A stretch of 64,000 nucleotides of DNA, taken from Marsupella aquatica. Lineage: Eukaryota > Plantae > Marchantiophyta. The DNA is taken from assembly GCA_973895155.1 (NCBI GenBank), contig OZ316894.1, positions 20,404,451-20,468,450 on the forward strand, given 5' to 3'. The notes beneath the pieces were generated by a model. That model was not told the origin of the DNA. It was given only the letters and a program-made list of their open reading frames with translations, and did no database searches. Every line of letters begins with the position of its first letter. The stretch's first letter is position 1. Made by a program: the position numbers and the translations under genes. Of the stretch, positions 51,080-64,000 are shown in pieces.

Positions 51080-53273
51080 TTAAGAATTATGTATAATCTC
51101 GCTCACCTGCTCTATCGGCAGATCAGGTATATGCAGAACTTGTACGTGACTTCTTCCAGCCAGTCTAGTCAGAGCGTAGAAAAGTTCTGCTTTGCTTCGT
51201 CGGGTTAGTACTTTCATTCCGCCAGTAGGTATATCAGTGTTGCTATTGGAAACTTGAATGTGCTGAATTCTGGATATGAGAGCAAATCGCTCCACATTAC
51301 TGTTATTGCAGTGGAAATATTTGGTGAGGAGCTTTCACAAAATCTCAATTAAAACCGTGATAGTCACCACTATGATACTACGAGGCAGGGATATCAATCA
51401 CTGCCTCATTGTCTTGCATGACTGCGTTAATGAAACTGCTATTCACGTTTCTTAGTAGGCACAATTCAACTTTTTGAACTGCTCCAGCGAATGAGTGAAA
51501 GAGCCTGCCTCCATATCTTCCACCGCTTGTTCCTCAGATGGGAATAAGATATCAGTTCTCTGCATAAATAGAGACTGGGATAGGTCGATTAATTTGACAG
51601 CCATCAGATTAAATGCCTCCTATCTATTAGTATAGCACAGTATATGGGTGTTGTGTGAGTCATAACGAGCTTAACCAAAACCAACGAGTTCAATGGCATC
51701 GCAGAAAGAGCAGCTTATTTGGAGCCTACTTCCACGAAATGCATGTAGCGTAACCTGCATGAAGACCGGACCCTGCAGCCTGATTAAGTTTCGGGAAGAA
51801 TGACCATTTTCTCAAATCTTTCACATACCTGATTCGCTAATGAGGAACCATTATCTTCAAATTCTTCACCAAACATCTTGTCTGCCGAAATCATAGACAA
51901 GCCCAATCTGCAGTAATGCAAGTACCCCATTAACTTTTTCAATACAAGAATGAATTCCAAATCTAACTCCAATCTACATTGCCAAGGATCCGCACCTGGC
52001 TTGAAACAATGGTGGAATAAGAAGAGCTAGAGACAGATCGATTACTTTCAAACCTAAAGTTTTCTTCAGCAGGTCTCCCTGCCTTGATTGAATCTCAGAC
52101 CCAACTTCTGGCCTACGCTACGACCTTAATGCAAGACGAATGACTATTACACCAACTACTATTAAGAACTTCAGAACCCGTTTCTACAGAGTTGAGAGAA
52201 GACATATTGTGAAGCCAAACACGATTGGACTAGCAAGTAAAGTCGTTTGGTACCTCAGGAGGGACGGGAGGATTGCGAGCGTACTTCGAGCCTCCAGGAG
52301 CCCAAGGCACTGCACATTTGCACCGAAGGGAAATTAATTCCTTTCTAGACCTTTACTTTGATGCGGATTCTATACATAAGAATTGAACGGACAGAATTGA
52401 TACAAGGCAGTGTCTGCAGAGACCAGAAGAGCGCAGAAAGTACCTGTGTAGGGGTCTGGGTGAGTCAGTTTAGCAAGCTTGGCCTCTCCCTGCTCTAGTA
52501 ACCGGTCTATCCTTCGCCAATCCACCTGCCCCACAATTTCCAGGATTCGGTGGAACACAGGAGTCATGTCGTGTCCTTGGCACAAAGTTGACAAACATGG
52601 TAGGACAGACTTGTCCACGGATTCTCAACTACTTGACCTAGGTCATCCAAACAAACTTGGGACAGGCAACCGAATTGAAGCCAATTCATTTTACAAGCCT
52701 CAACAGTCCATTTGCGAAACATGGTGTCCTAAAGAGAAACTTTCCCTATCCAAGTGAATTGTTCCTATCCAAGTGAATGTAGCGCGAAGTTATCGCCTCT
52801 AATTCCCTGATGTAACGAATTACACAAAACAAGCCAGAGATTTGCTTTATACCTCATCTTTGTTAGCTTCGAACGCTGCTCTCGTCTTGTCTGCCTGAAA
52901 ATCGAACCGAGCCACATCCATTAAAACCTCCCGAGTCAACAATGCATCACACTCCATGACCGAGGTTACGGACACGCCAAATCAGGCGGGAGCAGCATAT
53001 GCAAATTAGGTCAACGATGTCACCAGACAACAAACAGTGCGGGGCTAAACGTGATCGATCTGCCAGTGATTCGGACGGTAAGCACATCATGAGAAGGAAA
53101 GTGCAGCTAGAAATCGCAGTAAGGACATGAAATGATCCACCGACCTCAACATAGAAGAGGTCTCGATGCACGGCCCAGCTCAGAATTGTCTTCAGAGAGC
53201 GTCTGTAGAGCAATCGCGCTCGCTCCTTCTGCACCGCCTGCTTCGCCAATAGTGCTGGCGGTAACGAGCTCAT
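51080..53273 (-). CDS. NDUFB9: Complex I subunit B22 (LYR family)
   Basis: QKERARLLYRRSLKTILSWAVHRDLFY / R..FEANKD / IDRLL..GEA.L....HPDPY / VPWAPGGSKYARNPP. Exons 53273-53145, 52894-52853, 52525-52444, 52309-52254; a last exon at 51106-51080 (VSEIIHNS*) is tentative. Confidence 0.92.
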
Positions 53274-53692
53274 CTTTGCACCGTCGCAATGTTCCTCCTT
53301 CTCTTCCTCCTCTTCCTTCGAAATCAATCTGCAAACCAGCCAAGCTCGAGAGGAAGGGTCTGTCTTTACAGTGTTATGATGTTTTCCTCTCGATCCACAT
53401 TTTGAGCCAGGATGTTAGACTCCTACCGTTCGGCAGCTTACATATTAGTGTATCGTACATTGAGTGCTATGGTCGTACTGCTTTTGAACAGACACCAGGT
53501 ATGAGCTACAGTAACTGCGGTCAAATATTCACCGACTTGGTTTGGGGCTCAGGCCTTCTTATTTGCCATTGCTTTTGTTCTCCTTAGGAACTTTCAATTT
53601 GGAAGAGGTTGCAAGAAGAACTGATGTTCCTATAAACTAGCCCAACTACCCCGTTCCTTGAAGATGAATAGGGGGGAGGGCAATAAAAATGC

Positions 53693-54017
53693 TGTAGAGG
53701 TTAACTCAGTCTTGGGTTGAACTATGGTTAGTATGTTAACTGGGGTTAGAGTAAACCCTAGTTGAAAAGTTGGTCCTTATCTCTTCAACTTCTATGTGAT
53801 GTGAGAACACACAAGAGAATTCTCAAGAGAGAACACAGTGATATATAGCAAGAGATGAGAGCTTGAAGAGATGAGAGCTATGGTGATGCTTGAGTACACA
53901 CATAACCGTTAATAAAGCTTTGTATTTCCGTGGACGTAGCCAAGCTTGAGGCGAACCACGTAACTATTGAGCACGTGTATGTTTGGAGTGTTCTTCCTAA
54001 TCTGATTTCTCCCCACA
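53693..54017 (+). mobile_element. Solo LTR (~325 bp)
   Basis: TGT...ACA ends; TSD AATGC/TATGC (1 mismatch); AATAAA followed by CCGTGGACGTAGCC...GGCGAACCACGTA. Confidence 0.7.
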
Positions 54018-54354
54018 TATGCCACCAAAATATATTCTTTCTTCACATTTTTTAAGGTTAATGAATTGATAAAAAAATTATCATGCATATCATCATTTTA
54101 ATAATCATTCGGAATAAATCATACACTTTTCTATGTATATATTTCTTTCTATGCACATACGTTATAGTGGGGCCATAGAGCTAATTTCTTAATATAAATA
54201 AAAAGTATGACAGAAAGCATCAATGATTATCATTTTACATCCATGATTATCATTTGACATAAATCATAATCATGAGTTTTCACATCCACATGATGAGCCA
54301 TGGAGTTATGGTCTAAGATTTTAGTCTAAAAGCCTAGACCCCAACTCTAACTTG

Positions 54355-55073
54355 TAGTTGGTGCTTTATAAGTAAGATGTTACTCCAGGAACGATGTTAC
54401 TCCAGGAACGAGTGTACGCACTCCACAAGAACAAAGTGAGTGAAACAAGTGAGAAAAGATAGCAAAGGCTGGAGACCTAATAAGGGGGAGAAAACAAGAG
54501 AAAAACCGGAAAGTACTCAAATTATTCACTGTGGTGGGAACTTTGGGGACAAAAGTCTCACAGGTCTCATCAAGCCTACGTTTGTTCCCTAGCCCAAATA
54601 AACCTCCTGGTAAGGGCCCAAGTTCCGAATCAGCTGGGCAAGAGCAGGGGTTTATTTGGCTTATTGACTTCTTTTATTGAAAGCCACGAGAGCTATTTAT
54701 TTGCAATCAACCATGGCGAAAACGTGCAGCACAGGAAAGGGACAACCCAAGACACAGAACAATCCAGGGCATCTATCTGATGGAGGGCAGAAATTGCTAG
54801 CAGGATGCATGTTGCGAGAACTTTTCTCCTTGTTAGCAGGAACGTGTCAATGGGCCAAACAATTGGGCCCCACTAAGTTAATCGGGCCTCACTAAGTTTG
54901 CAGAGAGACTAAGAAAGTTTTTAGAATACTAGTACCCTTCAAATACTTTTTAGAAACTTTTTGTCCGAAGACGTACCAAATCATGTACCAAAGTTTTAGA
55001 ATGCTGGGGACCACCCACCAAGGAAATCTGTGAGGGGTACTTTTGACCTAGGGTTTAGGGTCTCCGGCTGTCA
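54355..55073 (-). mobile_element. Possible solo LTR or LTR fragment
   Basis: Minus strand begins TGACAGCCGGAGACCCTAAACCCTAGG at 55073. Left boundary and TSD (ACTTG/AATTG) are uncertain. Confidence 0.3.
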
Positions 55074-55104
55074 AATTGTTGAATGTATTGGGAGTATATT
55101 GTAG

Positions 55105-55420
55105 TTTTGTGTACAAAGGTGGACTTGCATGTCGTGTTTTAATTACAGCCTCCCAAGGGCAGTTCCTGTTGTTTTGTGTACAAAGGTGGACTTGCATGTC
55201 ATATGTATTAATTAGAGCCTACCATGGGAAATTCTTCTAAAAAGCACATGCAACCACATCAGCATGCAACCACATCACTATTGGTCATTCCCTGTACCAA
55301 GACAGAATCTAAACAATCAAGATGGGTGGTCTTGCATTGAAATTGTGTGGTCATTCCCTGTACAAAGACAGAATGTAAACAATCAAGATATGGGTGGTCT
55401 TGCATTGTAATTGTGTGTTT
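55105..55420. repeat. Cluster of short two-copy tandem duplications (~66-67 bp)
   Basis: TTGTGTACAAAGGTGGACTTGCATGTC twice; GGTCATTCCCTGTAC...GGTGGTCTTGCATTG twice. Confidence 0.8.
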
Positions 55421-56424
55421 GCTCCTGGCAAGTGACTGACCAGTCCAATGAAAGTCAAAAAGTAAAATGATAATGCTCCTCTCTCTCTGTTGATATGAGT
55501 TGAGATCGATGTTGATGTGTAAGAGGTTTCCATATATACATAAATTCTCCACTGAGGAGTCTTTTATATCATAACAACCATCAAATTTACAATAGATTGC
55601 TCCACCTAAGCCATCATGCTTGGAGTGACTTGTCAATGAATGGGAAAACCTCCAAAGTGGACGAATTCACTAATTTACTTGTTCATACAATTGAGCCCTC
55701 CATAAATATAAATATAAATATATAAATAAATAAATAAATAAATAAATATATATATATATATCAATGTTACACAGGCATCTATTAATATTTCATATTTCAT
55801 AAATATAACGTAGATGTCAACTGACATTCTCCCATCCGACTCTTACTTTACTTTACACTTAACGGTTACTGAACTAGAGTGTCAACACACTCAATTAAAA
55901 ATTATCTAATCGGATGTACTCCTGTCAATACAACTGGAGCTGTAAAAGCAAGTCGAAAATGGGTTTGAGTAGGTCTCTATTCATTCACCAACTTTGGTAG
56001 GTAATGAATCAAATTGCAGGTCCCATGGCTGATCGTCTTGCTGACGTGTCTACGTCGCGTAGTACAGGGCGGTGACTATAGCTGACATGTATGGTGTAAC
56101 TTAAAAGGCTGGTTGATACAGCGCTATTGAATGCTCCCCATTGTTTAATTACAAAAAAATGATCGTACTCTTTGGGGGCAATGGCCCGAAGAATGGGACA
56201 GATGATGATCGCCATGGCAATGTTTGTGTTTAAAACCCATGTCGATCACCTTACTATCAAAGACTGAGTTGTACGAATCCATAAATCTCCTCTTCCAAGT
56301 GTGAATTGTCGCCGGGAAGAATCAGTTCTCAAAAAATCTGTCTTGTTTCGTCAATACAGAAATGTAACTCTGCTCCTGTTGAATGCGCCAGGAGAGACGT
56401 GAAGCTCAGGCCCCTGGATGGATA

Positions 56425-58375
56425 TCAATTCTTGACGACCTCGATTAGATCCAGGCCAGAGAAGTTGAGGAAGCTCACTCGTGAAAACCCGGCCTCGGAA
56501 ACCAGTTCTTTCCACTCCTCAGCTGTTCTCTCCTTCCCTTCTCCGCAGTAGGAGAGCATCCCGAGGTTGGCGGCGTGCGCGACTCTGGATTGGGCGCTGC
56601 GGTCTGCAGTAGAGCGCAGGACGTTCTCGCGAATGATCACCTTCCCGTTCGCTGGCGTTGCTTCGTAGCACTTCATCAAGATTTGGACACACTTCTCATC
56701 ATTCCAGTCATGCAGGACTTGCTGCAGGCACAACAACGTGAAAAGGAGTCATTCTTCTCGTTGTGAGCCGATTCAGGCTTTGATGCCTACCTACATCTTT
56801 ATCCATCTACGCATTTGGAAACTGGCCAAAGGCCAGAGGTTAGAAAGGAAAAGTTCCTAATCATTTTGCTGGAAAGTTGTCTCTCTACGTTCATCTGATA
56901 GCATTCTTGATTAACTAACATGTGTGGAGCAGTGTTATCCGGGGGCTTGGTCTGAGATTGACTGAGAAGCGTTACCTCCATAAGGATTGCATCTGCTTGC
57001 GGAATACGCTTAAACATATCTCCAGCTACGTGCTTCACACCTGCGGAGGAAGAAGTGACCAAGGGGGAAAAGCAAATTGTTAACTGGTGTATGGTAGCAA
57101 TCTCAAAAAAGGATTGATCTGACCAGCTGGAAGGCCGAGCCCACGTTCAAGAGATGCTTGTGGGTTAGCGAAGACTGAGGGTTAGTACGATAATGTACTC
57201 GATTCGAAGTATTTAAAAAAAAGCTTAAACTCGTAACACTCGAGCACAATGGTATCTATGCAAAGGCCCCGGGCCTTCTGTACTCTCACTCTCAAATTTG
57301 TCCAAGCTCGCTATGCTACTCCAGTAGAATACTGAAAAGGAAGATTCGACGGAAGCTGCCTGAACTAAAGCAGTTGCCCACAGAGCATGAACTTGGCATC
57401 TACGGATGTGTCTAACTACAGTACTTTGTACTGCTGACGTATGTCTTACGACACTAATATCGAACCTGATCGTCTTATTTTCACGAGCTTCATCCTAATC
57501 GAAAACTATCCAAAGTTGTCAAGGAAATTGTTGTTGTCAAATATTTAATTATGTCACAGGGACCGAAAGAAAAGAAGCAAGGGCGTAAACGTTGCATCGG
57601 ACGGGATGAATTACGCACCAGGAATGGCAGGTGCAGTGGCAATAACGTGAGTTAGGTCGAAGTTGATTCCTTGGATATGTGGATGCCTACCAACAATACT
57701 GGCGAGAGCTTGTCCCCTGCATCCTCCAACATCGACGAGACTTCTAATGTCGTAAAAGCCCGCGTAGTGGTTTGCAATCGTCCAATTCATGGTCTTCGCT
57801 CTGCACGTCAAGGCGTCATTGAACACCTTGTTGAATCCGGGACTGATGCCTGTGTAGCGGAACAGGTCAGTGCCATTGGTCTCTTCGAATGGGTCGATTC
57901 CGTCGAGAACAGCGGAATGGAGGTGCATGAAGCAGTTGACCATCTCCCTCCTCATCTTCATGAGCATCATTGGGACCAAGTTGAAGTCGTTCGCCGTGAC
58001 CAGCCACTGTGACAAATGAGTGAGGCCGAATCTGGACTCCATCTTCCCCGTCGATTCCGAGCGGACAAAGGACTCGGCGAACACGTCACTGAGGACTAGA
58101 ATTCTGAGGATGCGACCGACTTGGTCCTCAGCATTCGCATTCTTACGAGGCAGCTGCTCGACAATTTTCTCAAGCGATAGGCTACCGTTGGGCCCGGCCT
58201 TGGCAATAATGTCAGGGATACGCAGAATCAGAGCAGCATTAAGGGCTAACGGAGTCATGTGCATATATGCCAGCTCCATGATCTCGTAGAACCCTTCCGT
58301 TGGAGGGCCACTTTTGCTTTTCTTCAGAAATTGTTGAGTAGGGGCACCTGTGCGTTCTGCCATGATCACACCCAT
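56425..58375 (-). CDS. Plant class II (COMT-like) SAM-dependent O-methyltransferase, 3 exons
   Basis: Dimerisation domain (ALNAALILRIPDII, RILRIL), LVDVGGCRG, GINFDLTHV, HVAGDMF, VLHDWNDEKC, GKERTAEEW..AGF. Exons ~58375-57619, 57040-56976, 56721-56425. Confidence 0.93.
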
Positions 58376-60991
58376 AACTGCTCTCTCTATCAATTAGGAT
58401 CGGAGAATTAGCGATATTTTCCACAACACTTGAAAGCTGTGTTTCTCTCAAGAAGTATGAAGTACTGCACGGCAACAGAACACAACTGTTTCGGTGCTCT
58501 TCGGAAAGCTCTGGAGATAAAAACTGAAATTCGGCTTACACTTATTGAACTCTAACGGAAGAGTCAAAGATTGAGATTTATCTCCTGCACAAAGGTCTTC
58601 CACTTTTTTCCCTTGATAGGATTGGGAAGTACTTCTCTGTTCGAGAACAAGTTGCTAAAGCCAATCCAGGTTCAAAAGAGTACTTTCAGTACCGGACTCC
58701 TGACACGATTTGATTTCTAGCTAAAGAGCTCTGCGATGCAAATTGGATTGATCGAACATGACCTGTTTCTCGCCTTTATATACTGGCGAGGCAGGTGGAC
58801 TGGATACCCACTCCATAGGTCAGAATAACTGATGTCAATAGCTTTTGACCAACTAGTTTTAGGGGTGCGCACTGCGCAGCTCCTACAGTGAATAAGGAAG
58901 CCTTGAAATCTCGAATCGCTCGCATGCAACTAACATCGAAATTTGAAGCGTTGAAAGGTGTCATACAACTTGGACAGATCACTGAGACACGGGGAGCTAG
59001 GAGCTCTAAATTTATCGGGACCTCTAGCGATCGAATCTCGACCTGTCAACGTTTGAAAGGTTTTGGTCTTGAGACAGACGCTGAAATCCTTTCCAAGAGC
59101 CGCCCACAAACTAGGGAGGTACACCTGATGGCGATCTCTAACAGCTGATCTAGTGAGCCACTTGCAATTAATGGCTGTAAGAGTCTTCTCTACCCAAGAC
59201 GGTACAGTTTGGTTAATATCGAAGATAGACGGCGGAAGACTTGTGCTGTAAGTTCCGTTGATCCGAGAACACTAACGTCGGCTTTTCCTTGCTTCGGTTC
59301 CTATCTTACAACATGAACGAGAAAAACAACTTTCGTGATGCAACTGCAGAGCTTACTCGATGGTTCTTGGGACTTCCTAGCAGCCTGTGCCTGTAGCGCC
59401 GCCCCAATCTCTCTTGGATTGTCAATGTTTGGACTAGCTTCACAGTCGTCCTGGGGTCTACAGTCCTTGGACTCTCTGATACAGATCTTGGACTGTGAGC
59501 CTGGTCAACCGCCAGGTTTCGCGGAGGAAGGATGACCAAATTAAAGGTGCTCCTACAGTAGCCGACTTTGAGCGGATTATTGTGCCGTGCTGGCTCAAGC
59601 CAGTGAGCGACGATGACGGAAATTGGAGCCGTCAATGTATGACAGGGCAGCTAATGTACATTCATCGGGACTCTAAATTTCATACGCCGGCCCCAACTCC
59701 CGATCCATACTCGTGATTACTGTCAATTTTTATCTCGTCTCGTAAGCAGCCAAGTGCATCGTTCCCGTTAAGGCGGGGCTTCTCCCGTCAAGAATCGACG
59801 CGTACAGTCTCGTCGCAAGGAAATCTAGAAAGTGCGGGCAGCGCAATTGCGCTTTACCGTTTTGCTCCTGGTTTGTGAAGGTTTCGTTTAAGGAAGACTA
59901 ATCATCTTCAAATTGATTAAGCTGGCGATCAATTTGTGCTCCGACTACACAATATCGGGCAGGCTTACATCATCACAGCAGCTACACATAATCATAAAAA
60001 TCAAATAAGTTAAAAGTTCAGTACATCCATGCTGTTCAGTGAGTGGAATCCAGTGAAATATTTCAAGGCAAAACCCAGTCCAGTACTTCAGTACATCTGT
60101 TGCATCCAGCGGAAATAGCTTACTACCTCCCACGAATGTTAAAACAAACTACACAGAAACAAGGTGAACCGTTACTTTACTGCAAAGTGAGACCGAAACC
60201 TTGAATTCTATTGAAAAGTTGGATTCGGCAGGGAAGCGCATTGAAGGTGGTCAATCTAGCTGCACTAGCCCGCAAGAATCGGAATCCCCACTTGTGCCAA
60301 TGAGGAAGCTCGCTTTCACTTCAAGTTATCAACAAGTTTGGGAGCTCAATGTTGTGACTAGAGTTCTCGTAAGTCTTCGCCCACCTTTCCAGTGTCTTTC
60401 TCAGCCGTCTGTTCATTCATGCTCCCTGCGTACATTTTTCAGCTTAATGCCGAATGCGGGAGAGCCAGAAAGTTCGTGAGATGGGTCTGGTCCGTTTCGC
60501 GTGCTCTGCTTCCAATAAGAAGGGAACCGTACACGCGCAGTGTGGCATGTATTCTGACGTACGTCCCTCCATGGCTCCGTGTGTGGAAAGTAGGAAACCC
60601 TCTGTTAGTTTGAGATTGTACCCCCTTCGCATTTGTCTCATATCTCTCAGCCCCTTCCTGGCTTGGTAAGTTGGTAGGTCCCCAGGAGATGCGGCAGGTA
60701 GGGTCCATAAACATTTTTGTTTAATTAATCCTTACGAAGATGCGGCAGTACCTTCCTCGGAATATTGAGCGGGGGTGTTTCATAATTCCCGGTTCGAAAT
60801 CCGGAATGCAAGCGTTTGGAACAAATTTTCATGGTTTGTTTCCTTTTGCACAGACAACTTATCAAATATGCAGATTGCAGAGAGTACTCTCTTCGTGCCA
60901 AGCGCGTTCGATGTCTGCGGGAATGAAGGCAACCTGGCAGTTACTTTGCAGTCCTGTAAGTTGATGAGTTCTGAGTTTAGTACCACTAATA

Positions 60992-62340
60992 CAGTTAATT
61001 CTGGATAAATGCACTCTCCATAAACGTTTACCCTGGATTATTGCATGTCATCTTGTTCTTCTCTTTTTTTACATGAGATAAGCGGTTTTTAAGCATTTTT
61101 TCTAAGCGCACATAGGGCTAAAATCATTCCCCTAAACGACAACTTTCTAAGCGCTTACCCTGGATAAATGATTGAATGCGTTTATATGTAAATGCATAAA
61201 CTCCAGAAATGTCATTTACCGATAAAGGCTTGCCCATTATTAGTAGAGTAGATAATGCACTTAAGGAGAGTGGGCAAAGGATTAGGGCCCCGATTAGGGC
61301 AGGGATCAAGGCACGAGGCTGACTACTGGGTCCATAGAGCATGTGAACACGGCTGCGCACTGTAGCTCATGGTACTGTAGCTCGTGAGTCATTGGGATTG
61401 TCAGGTGGAATCAACATGGAGGAAAGGAAGGTGACTACAGTGACTCACAAGCAGAAGCGAGAAATGTGTCGCCACAAGCAAAAGCATCCAGAGCTCACAA
61501 ACAAAGCTCTAGTTGAATGGGCTTCAGAAACATTTGGCGCTAAGGTACATCAAACTACTATTGGTAGAATCTTGAAGAAATCTTTCTCATTGCTTGCCAA
61601 TGTGACTGCAAATGAAGTCAAACGAAATCGTAGTGCACTTTGCCCAGATCTGGAAGAAAGCCCGTATCGTTGGTTCCTCACTGCCCATTAAGCTCGAGTG
61701 ACAATTTCTGAGGATTTGATTGTTGAGAAAGCTAAGGGATTGCAAGCCCGACTCTCGGAAAAGGTACCGGCTGTCAAGGATTGCAAGTTTAGCTCAGGTT
61801 GGTTGCATGGATTCAAAAAACGGCACAACATTCAGCTACGTGTCATGCATGGTGAAGCTGACTCTTGTCAAGTGACCGAGGATACATGGGATCAAGTCGC
61901 AGCTCTCAAGGCTACATTGCAAGCCTACGAACCCTGTGATGTTTTTAACATGGATGAAACAAGGCTATTTTTCAGATTGCAACCGAACAAGTCCTTGCGA
62001 GACAAAGCAGTCAAAGCACAGAAGAAAGACAAGACACGGATCACGGTGGGATTGTGTGCGAACATGGATGGCAGCATGAAGCTCCCTCCTCTGGTCATTA
62101 ACAAGGCTGCAATGCCCCGAGCTTTCTCCCAGCGCAAGATCAAGCTACCAAACAACTTGGGCATTATGTGGTATAGCAATTCAAAAGCGTGGATGAAGGG
62201 CAACATTTTTCAGGATTGGGTGCTTTGATTCGATAGCCGGTTGAAATCTTTGGGCCGAAAGAAGGTGGTCTTGCTGCTGGACAATGCACCTGGACATCTT
62301 CTAGCTCCAATTGCCAGCAAGCTGTGTAGTATCACACTAG
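60992..62340 (+). mobile_element. pogo/Tigger (CENP-B-like) DNA transposon, 3'-truncated; transposase pseudogene ~61417-62340
   Basis: TA|CAGTTAATTCTGGATAA TIR-like start at 60992. HTH domains (KALVEWA..F...TIGRILK; FSSGWLHGFKKRH), FNMDET, RITVGLCAN.DGS.KLP, AWM, LLLDNAPGH. In-frame stops at 61689 (TAA) and 62226 (TGA). No third catalytic Asp region or right TIR found. Confidence 0.9.
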
Positions 62341-64000
62341 GGACATAAATAAACATTTAAGATCCAAAACTCGATATTCGTTCCCATGGAAGAACATGTA
62401 AGGAATGATTTTCTATGATTTAGCACTTATGAATGAATAAGGTAACAAAAACACAAAGGTTGAGCCTTTTACTATGGTTGCTCAGCAAGGCATAGTTTAA
62501 AATGTCTGCTTGACATTGTAAATAAAATTAACAAATGAAAACAATTAATAAAACACAATGAAAAAATCTTGAGGTATGGTGAGGGAGTTAGAAAACAACC
62601 AAGGTGACTCCTCAACATAACTTCATTTGATATGATTTAGGTGGTATATCCGCAAGAACATTTCTGGAAAGGATTACGGTACTAGGATGATTACTAAAAT
62701 GCTGTCAACATGTCTCAACTTTTCCTTCCAAGGTACTGAGTGGAGACTAGTAATCAATCACTTCTGTATCCAATCGGTACTTTGTGTCACAAATAAGAGA
62801 CACTATCATAATCAAATTTGAAGCCATAAGTAATTGGTAAGTAACAATCTCTGCATCCCGTGCACAAGCAATGTCACGTCAAAAACTATGCATCAAGAAC
62901 TAAGGAATATGTAAAACATCACCAGCAAGGAATCTATTTCCACATACTCAAAAGATTTAACAATCACAATAATTTTACTTCAAGGGTCCAAACTTCTCAT
63001 TCATTTAGACTTGAAGGGAGAAGAATTTCTTTGTATTAAGTACTCATATGCAATGGAGTGCTTGCTACAAACGGAGGTAACAAAGTTGCAATCTTGCAAC
63101 TGAGCGCTCATGAAATTTCTTCACACTAAAAGTGACATAAATTCAACTAAATATAGGGTGGCAGGAACTAAAGAGGAAAAGAGATAATGAAAGAACATGC
63201 CCTTTCATATCTTAAGGGTCATAAACTAAAGTAAAAAGTATGAAAATATGCTATAAGAGTACTCAAGGTTCACTAGAATATTGTTGGAATGAAAAACTAA
63301 CCAAAAGTTATCCCTAGTGTAAACTGGAGTAAAAGTGTTTTTTGCACTTTTGTGGTAAATAGTGAGTTTATCGGAATTTTAATTTCTAACATAAAAGTCA
63401 AAATGGAGTGAAACTTTACTAGGTGGAAGATTTATATACATGCTACATGCTGGAAAAATTTTAGACTTTTATGAGGTGTCTAAGTGCCTTAATAAAATCG
63501 GTGAAAAGTGCTGTCGGATATAAAATATACTCTTCCGGAAAAATTTCTAAGTGTTGGAGGCGCCGTTGCGCCTTTGGAGCACTAGCGCCGTTGCGCTTTT
63601 GCGCACTCACGCTTTTTACAAAACTAAAAATGTCATATATTCTAAACTACATGTCGGTTTAAGTCGATACTTTCAGGGGAGGGTCTGCTACATAAGGACT
63701 ACCTCCTGGAAAAGTATGGGACTTTTCTAACTACTTGAGCTATTTAACTAAAATTGCAGAGATTGACTGATCTTAACTATTGTCGTAGGAGAACTAATCT
63801 TGTTGGAGTAGTGCTGTCTGGTCCGGTTGTTGAAAACTCCTGAATGTCTCGGTTTGAATCGCCTCTCGAAGGAAATCCATAGCCTGTGTATCATGTCGAG
63901 CAAATGGAAGAGATCTGATTTGTCGTTCAGCATTTAGAATGGGGAGTAGTCTTCTGTGAAACATAGTGTTCACCTTGCTAGCTTGCATATAGATGCCAAC

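Noticed and set aside
58700-59720. Short plus-strand ORFs upstream of the OMT as a possible gene relic
   Set aside because: No recognisable motif or consistent splice structure.
62335-63319. Non-autonomous CACTA element (CACTAGGGA ... TCCCTAGTG)
   Set aside because: Only a 9-10-bp inverted match, the 3-bp TSD is imperfect (TCA/TAA), the left motif can be read as pogo coding sequence, and the transposase does not clearly resume afterwards.

Overview
Eukaryotic land-plant nuclear DNA. Spliceosomal GT-AG introns, a nuclear ClpP3 and a MORN/RSPH10B-like gene suggest a flagellated-sperm plant such as a bryophyte (inference). The first ~13 kb is a nested transposon stack. Its centre is a degenerate minus-strand Ty3/gypsy LTR retrotransposon: 5' LTR ~12240-10211, tRNA-Arg-like PBS, gag with two CCHC knuckles, protease, RT, RNase H and integrase. 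Between protease and RT it carries a DNMT3-like C5-cytosine methyltransferase domain, in the same reading frame as the RT. This element abuts a CACTA end, and its integrase is cut by a second TG-terminated element with long accessory ORFs. The rest of the window holds host genes (ZC3H15/TMA46-like CCCH protein, TSPO, CLPP3, MORN-repeat protein, NDUFB9, COMT-like O-methyltransferase), an intron-retaining bL25 pseudogene, three solo LTRs with TSDs, a candidate SINE, hairpins, tandem repeats, an orphan Pro/Ser-rich ORF and a truncated pogo/Tigger transposon. All calls come from reading the sequence and recalled family motifs; no searches were run.
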